Shown: one piece after another, positions 48,021-57,731 of the stretch | Layout: every line of letters begins with the position of its first letter | How positions within the stretch are numbered: position 1 is the stretch's first letter | Source of the DNA: an archaeon | Lineage (GTDB): Archaea > Nanobdellota > Nanobdellia > Woesearchaeales > ARS49 | Direction of reading: 5' to 3' | Length of the DNA stretch: 57,742 bases | Assembly: GCA_020051845.1 (NCBI GenBank) | Contig: JAGVQG010000057.1 | Location: 1-57,742 of the forward strand | Program-made: the position numbers and the translations under genes | Notes under the pieces: generated by a model | Database searches by the model: none | What the model saw: the letters and a program-made list of their open reading frames with translations, nothing else | What the model was told of the DNA's origin: nothing

Positions 48021-49028
48021 CTAGAACAATCGCTTAAGCGCTTTCCTGACGTCTTCAATGCCTTCCTTGCTCTTGGCCGAGATCGCTATCGGTTTGAGGT
48101 CTGCCACAGCGTCTTTCTCCTCTTTCGTCGCTACGTCTGACTTGTTTATGATTATGATGAACGGTACTTTGAACTGTTTTCTTGTGTCGGTGAGCAGCCT
48201 GCGTTGCTCTTCCAATGGGAATCCTGATTGCAGCGTCGGGTCGATGATGAAGATGATCGCGTTGGCGACGTGCGTCATCGCTAACGCAGCCCTTACTTCG
48301 ACTGCGTTGCGCTTGTGCAATGGCCTGTCCAGGATTCCAGGCGTGTCGACGAATTGCACTTCGTTGTCGTCGATTTTGGAGTAGCCTAGCATCAGATGTT
48401 TTGTGGTGAACGGGTATGGTTTGATCTCGGGCTTCGCGCCGGTGATGGCGTGCAGTAAAGTGCTTTTTCCCACGTTCGGCACGCCGGCGATGACGACCGT
48501 GAATATCGATGTCTTCAATGTCGGCAGGTCCTTGAACGCCTTCCTGCATCTTTCTAGTTCTGCAAGATTCTTGTCTATCTGCTTCAAAGTGCTCGCGCAC
48601 CTTCCGTAGAACGCTCTTCGCATCGCGTTGATCTTGTCGAGTTCCTTGCATCGTTCTATCTGGTTGGCATAGGTCTGTGTGAGTGTGTCCACTCTCTCGG
48701 CAGCCCATTTGACTGCTCCTAGTGAATTCCTCAGCGTGTCCATGTCGACTACAGTGCTTATCAGCTCCTGATAGAATGGCGCGAGGTGGTTGAAGCTCGG
48801 AAAGTTGTCGTGTATCGCCATCAATTGCCTTCGTAGCGATTTGCCTGCTCCGAAGACCCTTTGTTTCTCCGCTCTTATGCTCTTGTCAAGCCGTCCGATG
48901 TCCTTCCTTCCGATGATGTCTTTATGGGCGAAATCCCTTCTTTCTCTTGCGGATCGGAAGGCAAGGTCCAGCATGATGCTGCTGTCGGCGATCTTGCTTA
49001 GCGTGACGAATGTCATGGTGCGATTCAT
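48021..49028 (-). CDS. NOG1-family GTPase
   Basis: L.PFY, GVPNVGKS, YPFTT, DTPG.LDRP...RN..E, NKSD, SAK. Confidence 0.93.
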   Translation of the reverse strand: MNRTMTFVTLSKIADSSIMLDLAFRSARERRDFAHKDIIGRKDIGRLDKSIRAEKQRVFGAGKSLRRQLMAIHDNFPSFNHLAPFYQELISTVVDMDTLRNSLGAVKWAAERVDTLTQTYANQIERCKELDKINAMRRAFYGRCASTLKQIDKNLAELERCRKAFKDLPTLKTSIFTVVIAGVPNVGKSTLLHAITGAKPEIKPYPFTTKHLMLGYSKIDDNEVQFVDTPGILDRPLHKRNAVEVRAALAMTHVANAIIFIIDPTLQSGFPLEEQRRLLTDTRKQFKVPFIIIINKSDVATKEEKDAVADLKPIAISAKSKEGIEDVRKALKRLF

Positions 49029-49152
49029 TGAGCGGCACTATATAAAGGAGAAGGGTGGAATGCCGTGTTGATATCTATTGAATGTCATGGTAATGTTTAT
49101 ATATGAAGAGTGGTGATGTTCACACATAAAATTTCATCAAAGAGGTTGTGTC

Positions 49153-50781
49153 ATGAAAAGAAGTGTTGTGATATTGCTTGCTCTAATCATAGTTCCTTGC
49201 GCTTTCGCTGCAGTCGGTCATGATGCACCAGCGATAAGGCCAGGCACTTTCGCGACAGGCAATTACATCTTCCCGCAGAACATTAGCGTGACAGGAAACG
49301 TCGGCATAGGCACGTCGAGTCCTGCGTATAAGTTGTCGCTTTCAGGTCTTGGGACGTCTGATGGTATATTGTTCAATGGTTCGACAAAAGTTGCTTTAAC
49401 GACCACGACTGATTCTGGAACGGACAGTCTTTACTATAAAGGATTGACCAACGGGAGGCACACTGCATTATACATTCAACCGTATGCCTATAGTGGAGGC
49501 AGGGATGCGGCATTGGGATTGTATGACGGAGATACTGGTGGCGTTGAGGGTATGTACATATACAAGAAAGCGTCATCATACGGTGCGATCGATATGTCCG
49601 ACAGTCAGCACCTCATCTTACAATCTTCAGGCGGCAACGTCGGCATCGGGACGACTAGCCCTAACAGTGTTCTTGAAGTGAGAGAAACAAGCATAGGAAC
49701 AAAAAGATTGGCGCAACTCGGAGAAGGCATTGTCTTCACTTCAACAAATGATGGACAATCCTGGATGGGATCTAATCATTGGGGCTACAATGGAAGCTGG
49801 TCAAGAACTGCAGGTTCAACAGCCGCGATATGGGGAACCGAAAACGCCGGTGACTTCGCCGTATGGACTGCTGCCTCGGGCGATTCGCAAACAACTGCGC
49901 CATCAGACACAAATAAACGATTAGTGGTCAAAAACGGCGGTAACGTCGGCATCGGCACGACGAGTCCGGGATACAAGTTACACGTGTCAAATGCAGGGCC
50001 GGTAGAAGCAAGAATATCAGATTCACGAGCGACTAGCGGTGATGGTGCTAAGTTGTCGATAGTTTCAGGTTATGCTTGGCAGTTGATCGCAAACCCTACG
50101 GCGGGCACATCAAACAATTATGGTCTTGATATTTATGATGCTAGCAACGCAGCTACCAGGGTGTCAATCTCGAGTACGGGTAGAGTTGGCATCGGGATGA
50201 CTCCGGTGTATCATCTGGATGTCAATGGATTAATCAGGTCAAGTACTGGTTTTATCGGCCCTTATGGTAGTGGTGGTGCTGGCGCAGGACTTTACACAGC
50301 TGCAGGAAACATGATCCTCTATTTCGATAACAGCGGTAATTCGCACAGGTGGGATACTGATGCAGTCGTCAAGACATTCGTCATCAACCATCCTTTGGAC
50401 AGTTCGAAATATCTCGTGCACGGCACGTTGGAAGGTCCTGAAGGCGCGGTGTATTACAGAGGCACTGCGAAATTGGTCGACGGCAAAGTCGAGATCACAT
50501 TGCCATCATACTTCGAGGCTTTGACAAGGAAAGAAGGGCGTACAGTCCTCTTGTCTAACGTCGATGGCTTTGACAAGCTTGCGGTCAAGAAGACTGCCGG
50601 TCAGCAGATTGTCGACGGCAAGTTCATTGTTTATTCCGACAACGTCGGTTCTATCCAGGAATTCAACTGGGAAGTCAAGGCAGTTAGGGCGGATGTCGCT
50701 CAACTTGTCGTTGAACCGGACAAGAAGGACATCTCTGTCCACGGAGATGGACCATACACGTACGCGATACCAAACAAGTGA
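49153..50781 (+). CDS. Secreted fibre/adhesin-like protein with GNVGIGT repeats
   Basis: Signal peptide; four VGIG repeats; C-terminal KTFVINHP....YLVHG.LEGPE..VYYRG domain of the kind seen in fibre proteins. Confidence 0.85.
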   Translation: MKRSVVILLALIIVPCAFAAVGHDAPAIRPGTFATGNYIFPQNISVTGNVGIGTSSPAYKLSLSGLGTSDGILFNGSTKVALTTTTDSGTDSLYYKGLTNGRHTALYIQPYAYSGGRDAALGLYDGDTGGVEGMYIYKKASSYGAIDMSDSQHLILQSSGGNVGIGTTSPNSVLEVRETSIGTKRLAQLGEGIVFTSTNDGQSWMGSNHWGYNGSWSRTAGSTAAIWGTENAGDFAVWTAASGDSQTTAPSDTNKRLVVKNGGNVGIGTTSPGYKLHVSNAGPVEARISDSRATSGDGAKLSIVSGYAWQLIANPTAGTSNNYGLDIYDASNAATRVSISSTGRVGIGMTPVYHLDVNGLIRSSTGFIGPYGSGGAGAGLYTAAGNMILYFDNSGNSHRWDTDAVVKTFVINHPLDSSKYLVHGTLEGPEGAVYYRGTAKLVDGKVEITLPSYFEALTRKEGRTVLLSNVDGFDKLAVKKTAGQQIVDGKFIVYSDNVGSIQEFNWEVKAVRADVAQLVVEPDKKDISVHGDGPYTYAIPNK

Positions 50782-50796
50782 TGTGAGACTACTACA

Positions 50797-52326
50797 ATGA
50801 AATTATCCACGATATTATTGGCGGCCGTCCTGGCCACGACAGTAACGCTAGCTGCAGTCAGTCACACTGCGACCCAGATAACTCCTGGTCAGTTCGCGAA
50901 CGGGAGTTATTCTTTCCAGCAGAATGTGGGCATCGGGACGTCTACGCCTGGTGCGCGTCTTGGTGTTTTGGGCGCGAAGACATCTGATGCGAGTATGTCG
51001 TATGAGATGACTGTTTGGGATAGCACTGCGTATAATTCGAATCCTGTCGCAGGCATCTTGTTCTTGACGAAGGTGGATAGCGTACCTAATTATGCGGGCA
51101 TGGGTGGTATTTCCGTTGGGAAGTCCAGTACTGGTGCTGATACGGCATCATACTTGGCATTACACACTCGCGCCGCGGGCGGTAATGTCGCTGAGCGTCT
51201 TAGGGTGGACTCGAGCGGCAACGTCGGTATCGGCGCAACGACTCTTGGAGGGAGGTTGGTTGTCAACAATTCTGCCGCAAGTCAGGTCGGGATTGTGATC
51301 AATCGCAACAGCAATTCGAACGGTTATGCCAACATCCGATTCGACACTGGTGGGGATTCCAAGTTTTATGTCGGATTGGACAAAGACTTGACGCCCAATT
51401 CGGACAAGCTTTCATTTTATGAAGTTGCATCCGGCTTGACGATAATGACGATTGTCGACGGCAAGGTCGGCATCGGCACCGTGAGTCCTGGAAATAAGAT
51501 GTCTTTCGGTGCAGGAATAGCCTCGAATCTTTCGATGAAGGACCAGGGTAGTTTCAATTTCTACATTGATCCTTCTGTTCCATATCAGAGGGACTTTGAC
51601 ATGATTGCGCAAGGCGATACTGATTTGAACAATTATGGTGGTGCGCAGATCAGGTTCTTCACGACGCCAGGAGATTATCCTAATGTGGCGGCGATACAAA
51701 GGATGGTCATTGACAGGAACGGCTACGTCGGCATCGGGACGACGAGTCCTAATGCCCCACTTGAAGTCAAAGGTTCAGACCACATTCTTAGGTTGACGGG
51801 TGGTTCTACAGGCGCTTCGAATGTTGCATACATGACATTTTATGACAGCGGCGGAACGCGCAAAGGTTACATTGGCGATGCTTCCGCGGGTGATTCAAAT
51901 ATGTATCTGATTGCTGACGCGGGCGCGATAGTCATCGGCAATCTGAATTTGGGCTACGTGTGCTCTAGTTCTGCAGGCGTTTTGTCATATGGTTCATCGT
52001 GCACTACATCCTCGATCAGATACAAGAAGAACATCAGGAACCTCGAACTTGATTCAAGCAAAGTATTCCAGCTCAAGCCAGTGTCATTCGATTGGAAAGA
52101 GACCAACAAGACTGACTTTGGCTTGATTGCTGAAGATGTCGAGAGAATATATCCACAACTAATCTCTTATAACAAGGATGGCCAGCCCGAAGCGATGAGG
52201 TATGATGTCATGTCTGTCTTGTTGCTAGAACAGATGAGACTGCTCAAGTCCCAGAACGACGCTCTAACAACAGAGAACGTTCAGATCAAGCAGCGTCTTG
52301 ACGCTCTTGAGGCTAAGGTCAAGTAA
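50797..52326 (+). CDS. Secreted GNVGIGT-repeat fibre protein with C-terminal peptidase S74 (intramolecular chaperone) domain
   Basis: Signal peptide; four VGIG repeats; SS.RYKKNI, LKPV.F.WK, GLIAEDV...P, then a coiled coil. Confidence 0.88.
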   Translation: MKLSTILLAAVLATTVTLAAVSHTATQITPGQFANGSYSFQQNVGIGTSTPGARLGVLGAKTSDASMSYEMTVWDSTAYNSNPVAGILFLTKVDSVPNYAGMGGISVGKSSTGADTASYLALHTRAAGGNVAERLRVDSSGNVGIGATTLGGRLVVNNSAASQVGIVINRNSNSNGYANIRFDTGGDSKFYVGLDKDLTPNSDKLSFYEVASGLTIMTIVDGKVGIGTVSPGNKMSFGAGIASNLSMKDQGSFNFYIDPSVPYQRDFDMIAQGDTDLNNYGGAQIRFFTTPGDYPNVAAIQRMVIDRNGYVGIGTTSPNAPLEVKGSDHILRLTGGSTGASNVAYMTFYDSGGTRKGYIGDASAGDSNMYLIADAGAIVIGNLNLGYVCSSSAGVLSYGSSCTTSSIRYKKNIRNLELDSSKVFQLKPVSFDWKETNKTDFGLIAEDVERIYPQLISYNKDGQPEAMRYDVMSVLLLEQMRLLKSQNDALTTENVQIKQRLDALEAKVK

Positions 52327-52470
52327 TTTCGGTTTTTGATTGTTTTGTTTTTTTGTTTAATTTTCATTTTCTCATTTCTCAACTTGTTTTCTATCGTTTT
52401 CTCTTGTTGATTTCTCGTTTTCATTTTCTTCCCTGTTCTTCTTCCAGATTTTTCCCGTTATTCCTCCGTC
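52327..52470 (+). terminator. Long T/pyrimidine-rich tract (terminator region)
   Basis: Repeated T-runs over ~140 nt after the stop. Confidence 0.5.
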
Positions 52471-52547
52471 TGATGCCTAGCTATTTTCCCGTCCTATCCC
52501 CATCCCCATAAACCTTTTATAGGAGTCCCTACTCGCGGGAAGTTAAC

Positions 52548-53729
52548 ATGAGTCGTTTTTCCTATAGCCTTGATGTGGGCGAGGAACTCGCGCGTGAAAA
52601 AGAGGTCAAGCGCAAGATTGCCGCCAAGGGAGAAGAAGAGGAGACTGTCCGTCTAGACCCCAAGTTCGAGCAGGAGATACTCCAGCTCGCCGAGGAGAAG
52701 CAAGTCACCTACGAAGAGGATGATTCTATCGTTATCACTCCTAAGATCAAGCCTGCCAAGGAGGCTCCAAAGCCCACTAAGGTCATGAAGTCCAAGCCTG
52801 AGGCAAGGCCTGAAGCTAAGACGTCTAAGCCTGAAGCCAAGGAGTCGAAACCTGAGCTGAAGGAAGTCAAGAAGAAGGAAGTTAAGCCTAAGAAGGAAGA
52901 GAAGAAGGCTGAACCAGTGCCTTTGAAGGTTGCTCCGAAATCGTTCAAGATCGAGGCAACGCCAATGACTCCCACTCCTGATCCTGCTCCGTTGCATACA
53001 GAGCCTAGGACTCCTGGCGATGGCAGCGGAAGATTGGTTCTTGCGTTGCTGCTCATATCGGTCATAGCGATAATCCTTATCTATAGCGGCCTGGCGTCCC
53101 AGGACGTCTCGCAGAAGCCGGCTGTTCCTTGTTCGGTGCAGTTCGCCGATAACAACAACCTGACGCTGGTCTCACTTTCCAACCTGACTGGTCCACAGCA
53201 GTACTGGTTCAAGAAAGCGCTCCTCGCGGACAACGAGGCAGAGGCTTCGGCGATCATGCGCATGGTGCTTTGCACTGATGATTCGTTGGTTCTTTCTGAA
53301 GACAGCAACCCGATGAATTTCAGCTATTGCGACTATGGAAGCAATGTTATCTCGATCTCAGAATCCGACATGCAGTCCCTTGTCGGTCTTTCGAACTCTT
53401 CCAAGTGTGACTCTTTGGACGATGTCATAATCTGCGACAACGATTATTCTGTCGAGGGCATCATGGCCTACAAGGATGATGAGCGTCCTCAATATTTCAT
53501 CGCAAAGGCCGGCGGAAAGTACACGGTCATAGAGTCCACGGGTTTGCCTATCGCGCTTGCGGTGATGTCCGACAAGAGCGACAAATTCGTCGCCTACACC
53601 CTGCCTGTCGAGAGCCGCAACAAGATGGCGATGAAGCTCTTCGTGGGTGATGACTTCTCGAATTTCAAGCGCGTCTACCTCGACCACAAGTCAGGCAACG
53701 ACAGGGTCGTCGTCTACAAGTTGATCTGA
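52548..53729 (+). CDS. Single-TM protein: Lys/Glu/Pro-rich N-terminus and AglB/STT3 C-terminal-like outer domain
   Basis: YW..KALL..NE..A.AI.RM..C and ..M..KLF......FK.VY......V.VYK resemble the archaeal AglB C-terminal region. Confidence 0.6.
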   Translation: MSRFSYSLDVGEELAREKEVKRKIAAKGEEEETVRLDPKFEQEILQLAEEKQVTYEEDDSIVITPKIKPAKEAPKPTKVMKSKPEARPEAKTSKPEAKESKPELKEVKKKEVKPKKEEKKAEPVPLKVAPKSFKIEATPMTPTPDPAPLHTEPRTPGDGSGRLVLALLLISVIAIILIYSGLASQDVSQKPAVPCSVQFADNNNLTLVSLSNLTGPQQYWFKKALLADNEAEASAIMRMVLCTDDSLVLSEDSNPMNFSYCDYGSNVISISESDMQSLVGLSNSSKCDSLDDVIICDNDYSVEGIMAYKDDERPQYFIAKAGGKYTVIESTGLPIALAVMSDKSDKFVAYTLPVESRNKMAMKLFVGDDFSNFKRVYLDHKSGNDRVVVYKLI

Positions 53730-53748
53730 ATCAGAATTATCTCTCTTT

Positions 53749-54363
53749 TCAGAATTTTGGTCTTAGAAGATAGTTCAGGAATGTTTTCTTCCCTGCCTGT
53801 GTGGGTTCGAAATGTTCGATCGTGAAATCTCGTTCTAATTGCGGACGCAGTTCTTCGTCTGTGTACAAAGAGAACCATCGTCTGGTGTCGGGATATCTAG
53901 GATCGTCGCCGACCCATCCTTCTGTCGTGCCTTCTTTCATTCCGAGGAACAATGTGCCTTTTGGCGTCAAAAGGTCGTGCATCGCTTGCAACGGTTGGTA
54001 GAACCGGGTCTTTGGCAGGTGCAAAAGCGAGGTCCATGAAAGTATGCCGTCGAAAGAGTGCGGCAGGAATCCGTTCAAACCCTCCAGATCCATCTGTTCC
54101 GCTCTGAGCCCGCGTTTGCGGCACATCTCGACCATCTTCGCCGAAAGGTCGATGCACAGCACATCCAGACCGCGCTCCGCAAGGTACGCCGCTTTGTGCC
54201 CTGGTCCTGCACCGACATCGAGCACCTGTCCTTGAGGCGGTAGGTTGGCGATGAATCTGTCCATCACTTCACGCACTTTGAGCTTGCTCCAGTCCTCGAA
54301 TTTCTTGTCATATGCTTCAGGGAAAGTGTCGTAGCTCTTGATGGTCTCGGTCTTGTAACTCAT
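53749..54363 (-). CDS. Class I SAM-dependent methyltransferase
   Basis: VLDVGAGPG, IDLS..MV, FDGI....SLLH. Confidence 0.9.
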   Translation of the reverse strand: MSYKTETIKSYDTFPEAYDKKFEDWSKLKVREVMDRFIANLPPQGQVLDVGAGPGHKAAYLAERGLDVLCIDLSAKMVEMCRKRGLRAEQMDLEGLNGFLPHSFDGILSWTSLLHLPKTRFYQPLQAMHDLLTPKGTLFLGMKEGTTEGWVGDDPRYPDTRRWFSLYTDEELRPQLERDFTIEHFEPTQAGKKTFLNYLLRPKF

Positions 54364-54439
54364 TCTTTCTGTCAGCAAATGAAAGCAATAAAAGACTTGT
54401 GGACCAGTCAGGCATCGTCGGATATTGCCGCTTTCTAGT

Positions 54440-55453
54440 CTATCCTATCGCCACCCTGTTCGTCTCCGACGCTGCCTGGTCGCGCGCTTGTTTGCGTTCT
54501 ACTTCGCGTTGCTGTTGCGTCTGGCACGCTTTTGAATAGGCGGCTTCGAGCTCGCTGTCAGGCATCGTGGTGAATCGAGCGGCGTCGTGCTCGAGCCTGC
54601 TGTATTCCCTGTTGAGTTCGTTGACGCGTTTCAGGGCGAAGTCGCACTCGTCTATCTTCTGCTTCAGCAGTATGACGTGGCTGCTGCTTATGCCTCGCTC
54701 CCATTCTGACAACACCTGGTCCAGATGCGTGCCTTTCTGCCTGAGTATCGCGCACATGTCGGCGACGCGCTGGTACCTGTCCTCCATCGATGAGTACATG
54801 ACGGTGAAGACTTTCGCCGTCCTGTTGTGCTCTTTCATCGATATCTCGAAGTCGTCAAGGGCGGTGTGGGCTTCGTCGAGGTCGGTCTTGTATTCGTTGA
54901 TGAGCTTTCCGCATATCACGCGGCTGGTGTGATCTTTCACTTCAGGTATGTGCAATCTCATCCCATGGATGCTGCTGTTGAGTTCTGTCACCAGATCCTC
55001 GAGATCCATCGCTTTGGACCTGTCCTCTATCGCGGCCTGTCCGTGTCCTGCGCGTTGTGTGGAGTACTCGCCCAGCTTGTTCCTGCAGTAGGCTTGCATC
55101 TCCGTCGCTTGCTGCAGGCGTCCACCGAACTCTGCCCTGTATGACTTTATCCTGTCTGTGAGTATCCTGCACTCCACATGGTTCTGCGTGCTTTGCCCTG
55201 CGCCTTTGTACTTGCCGAACTTGCCGGGAAGTCCGGATAGTTGTTCCAGTTTAGACGCCCACCATATCTTGAGGTGGTCCTGCGTCGTGTATGCCGTCTT
55301 TATGTCCTGGCCGCTTGACACGGCTGAGTAGATGCTTCCGCGGTAGCGTTGCGCAAGGTCGTTCGAGTTCACGGGCGCGTGTATTATCGCCGTGTTCCTT
55401 TCTTTCGCCTCGTGTATGAAGGCGTAGGCAGGATGTTGTGGTTTTTCATCCAT
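54440..55453 (-). CDS. Coiled-coil hypothetical protein
   Basis: Likely start MDEKPQ after GAGGTGAG RBS; long helical heptads. Confidence 0.7.
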   Translation of the reverse strand: MDEKPQHPAYAFIHEAKERNTAIIHAPVNSNDLAQRYRGSIYSAVSSGQDIKTAYTTQDHLKIWWASKLEQLSGLPGKFGKYKGAGQSTQNHVECRILTDRIKSYRAEFGGRLQQATEMQAYCRNKLGEYSTQRAGHGQAAIEDRSKAMDLEDLVTELNSSIHGMRLHIPEVKDHTSRVICGKLINEYKTDLDEAHTALDDFEISMKEHNRTAKVFTVMYSSMEDRYQRVADMCAILRQKGTHLDQVLSEWERGISSSHVILLKQKIDECDFALKRVNELNREYSRLEHDAARFTTMPDSELEAAYSKACQTQQQREVERKQARDQAASETNRVAIG

Positions 55454-55458
55454 TTTTC

Positions 55459-55767
55459 TCACCTCGGTTGGTAGTGCTTGTGGAAGTTCTTGAGCATCGT
55501 CTGCTCCACGAATGAAGGGTTGTCCTTCATCTCTTTGAACATCCCGTCCACGCGGTAGTCTATGTCGCCTAGCTGGAAGTTCTTGTCCAGCGGCTGCGTG
55601 ACGCTGTTCTTCTTGTCCACCACTACATACTGGCCGCCTTGTTGTTGTATCTCGTAGGGCAGGCGTTCGAATTCCGAGCGCCCCCACTTGTAGCCGCCGT
55701 ACATCGTTCCTGTGAGCACGGCGATTCCGCACAATCCTCTTAGCCATCCCATATCGAACACCTCCAT
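55459..55767 (-). CDS. Small membrane-anchored protein
   Basis: N-terminal TM; stop 5 nt before the next start. Confidence 0.65.
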   Translation of the reverse strand: MEVFDMGWLRGLCGIAVLTGTMYGGYKWGRSEFERLPYEIQQQGGQYVVVDKKNSVTQPLDKNFQLGDIDYRVDGMFKEMKDNPSFVEQTMLKNFHKHYQPR

Positions 55768-55837
55768 GTTCTTGTGTTTGATAGGATGGTTTCTTTAATG
55801 GGAATATCGACGAGAAGACCGGATGTCTGACTGGTCC

Positions 55838-56332
55838 CTACGGAAGTGGTTGTGTGCTGTCCGGAGCTGTTCCGGCTTCAGTTGCCGGCTTCGGAAGATA
55901 TTCGGGGCTTTCGAGGAAGTGTTCTTGGCAGATAGTCTCAAGGACGGGGTGGCTGCCGAGGATTTTCGCGCCGTTCGTCAGCTCGCTCTCCAAGATCGCC
56001 TCTTCCTGCCGGGTCTTGGTTATGGTCTCTATGAAGAAATCGCCCGAGTGCAGGCTGCAGATGGTGTTGATCGCTGATAACTTTGTTATTCTCAATTCCC
56101 AGGATGTTTTCTTCTTTGCGTCAGGACGGACGATCCAGAGGACCCTGGAATAGCCGAGTGTTTGCAGATTGAGCAGCGCGACTGATTTTAGCACGTACTC
56201 GTTTATGCAATTCAGCACGCGTTCGTGGGTCGTGGAGATGGGCCAATCCATCTTTCTTGCCAGGGCGCTGTGCTTCATCCTTCCGTTGTTCCTCAAGTGA
56301 TGCAGTACTATCAGGTCTTTTGGGTGTATCAT
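55838..56332 (-). CDS. Lrp/AsnC-family transcriptional regulator (divergent)
   Basis: D..VL..LR.NGR.....LARK...P.ST.HER; C-terminal RAM-like part. Confidence 0.8.
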   Translation of the reverse strand: MIHPKDLIVLHHLRNNGRMKHSALARKMDWPISTTHERVLNCINEYVLKSVALLNLQTLGYSRVLWIVRPDAKKKTSWELRITKLSAINTICSLHSGDFFIETITKTRQEEAILESELTNGAKILGSHPVLETICQEHFLESPEYLPKPATEAGTAPDSTQPLP

Positions 56333-56479
56333 TCAATTATCAGTGTTTTTTCCCTTCTTAAGGCTTTTTTGAGAAACTCCGGCAGAATTTCGGACAGGAA
56401 ATCGTGAAAACACGTGAAAACCGTATCATAATCTTTATATAGTGTGAGAGAAGTGGTTTACCTAGTAAAGAGGGTTGTG

Positions 56480-57598
56480 ATGAGATGTGTTGTGTTGTTC
56501 ACTGTTCTAGTCTTGTTGGCAGCGCCAGCAGTGTTCGCCATAGTAGGTCATGATGCGCCTTCGATAAGGCCAGGGACGTTCGCGACTGGCAATTATGTCT
56601 TCCCGCAGAACGTGACGGTGACAAACAACGCGATTATCAACGGCAACGTAGGGATAGGGACGGCGAACCCGGTTTCAGGTCTTGACGTCGGCAGCTTCAT
56701 CCACATCGGCAATCTTGTCGCATCAGGAGCCGGCGCGTATCTGTATAATGCCGGCCCGTCCTATGGGATTGCAATGATTGCCTACAATTTCAGTGGTGGT
56801 TATGCGATGCCTATTGCTTTCACCTCCAAGAACTTGACGCTGTCGACTTACTATTCAATGAATGGAGTGCCTGCAATCTATATCGGCGAAGCGCCAAGCG
56901 CGTCAGTGAGCGGCAACGTCGGCATCGGTACAGCGATCCCCGCGAATAAGTTGAATGTGGAATATGGCTCATCTGCTCCTACAGGAACGATTGCCGATGC
57001 TTCTGATTTGGCGGGATATGCGACGATATTATCTGCCACGGGCAGTGCTATCAACAGTAAAACCGGTTTGATTGCCGCATTTGGATCCGGTGTTGGTGTC
57101 CCGGCAGGCATCGTCTTCGGACGTGAAGGATCATCTTGGGGAACGTATATCAGCTTCCACAATCATCCAGATGACGCGGTGAATATCGATGCATTGACAG
57201 AAAGTATGAGGATAACCGCGGCAGGCAACGTAGGCATAGGAATGACACCTGCCTCAAGTTGGAAGCTGGAAGTCAATGGACCGTTTGCGGCTTTGGGCAA
57301 AGTAACAAGCTCAGGTTTCATCAACGGAGATGGCACAACCAAATCGTTGGGCCTTCCCGTTGACGCAAGCAATGGCGGGGGAACATACCTGCTGCTCATG
57401 AGCAGACAATGGTCCAATGGCGCGAACACGGACTCATCTATGTATCTGATAAGGTGCAACTATGATGGGAATGGTTATACTGCCACGTTCGTCGCTGGAA
57501 CCGACGGATGGACATTCAGCCAATCAGGCGGCACACTGTACGCCGCGGGTTGCGGATACAACTGGAATTGCAGGTACGCGGTCTTTGCAAACTTCTGA
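56480..57598 (+). CDS. Secreted GNVGIGT-repeat fibre/adhesin protein, paralogue of 49153..50781
   Basis: Near-identical N-terminus VGHDAP.IRPGTFATGNY.FPQN; three GNVGIG repeats; distinct C-terminal domain. Confidence 0.85.
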   Translation: MRCVVLFTVLVLLAAPAVFAIVGHDAPSIRPGTFATGNYVFPQNVTVTNNAIINGNVGIGTANPVSGLDVGSFIHIGNLVASGAGAYLYNAGPSYGIAMIAYNFSGGYAMPIAFTSKNLTLSTYYSMNGVPAIYIGEAPSASVSGNVGIGTAIPANKLNVEYGSSAPTGTIADASDLAGYATILSATGSAINSKTGLIAAFGSGVGVPAGIVFGREGSSWGTYISFHNHPDDAVNIDALTESMRITAAGNVGIGMTPASSWKLEVNGPFAALGKVTSSGFINGDGTTKSLGLPVDASNGGGTYLLLMSRQWSNGANTDSSMYLIRCNYDGNGYTATFVAGTDGWTFSQSGGTLYAAGCGYNWNCRYAVFANF

Positions 57599-57656
57599 TT
57601 AACAGCGGTCCATAGAGAAACCCTTAAAAACCCCGTCTTTTGTTTGCTAGTTCATT

Positions 57657-57731
57657 GGGTCATTAGCTCAGCCTGGCTAGAGCAACCGGCTCTTAACCGG
57701 TAGGTCAAGGGTTCAACTCCCTTATGACCCG
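57657..57731 (+). tRNA. tRNA-Lys(CTT)
   Basis: GGGTCAT/ATGACCC acceptor stem, D-arm AGCTCAG..TGG..AGAGC, ACCGG-ctCTTaa-CCGGT anticodon arm, GGTTCAA T-loop; CCA not encoded. Confidence 0.95.

Noticed and set aside
55454-55747. N-terminal extension of the 435-aa ORF
   Set aside because: Overlaps the 55459..55767 gene in another frame; a strong RBS supports a start at 55453
49153-57598. Provirus or diversity-generating retroelement suggested by the fibre genes
   Set aside because: No capsid, terminase, integrase or reverse transcriptase; no adenine-specific TR/VR pair seen; the proteins have signal peptides
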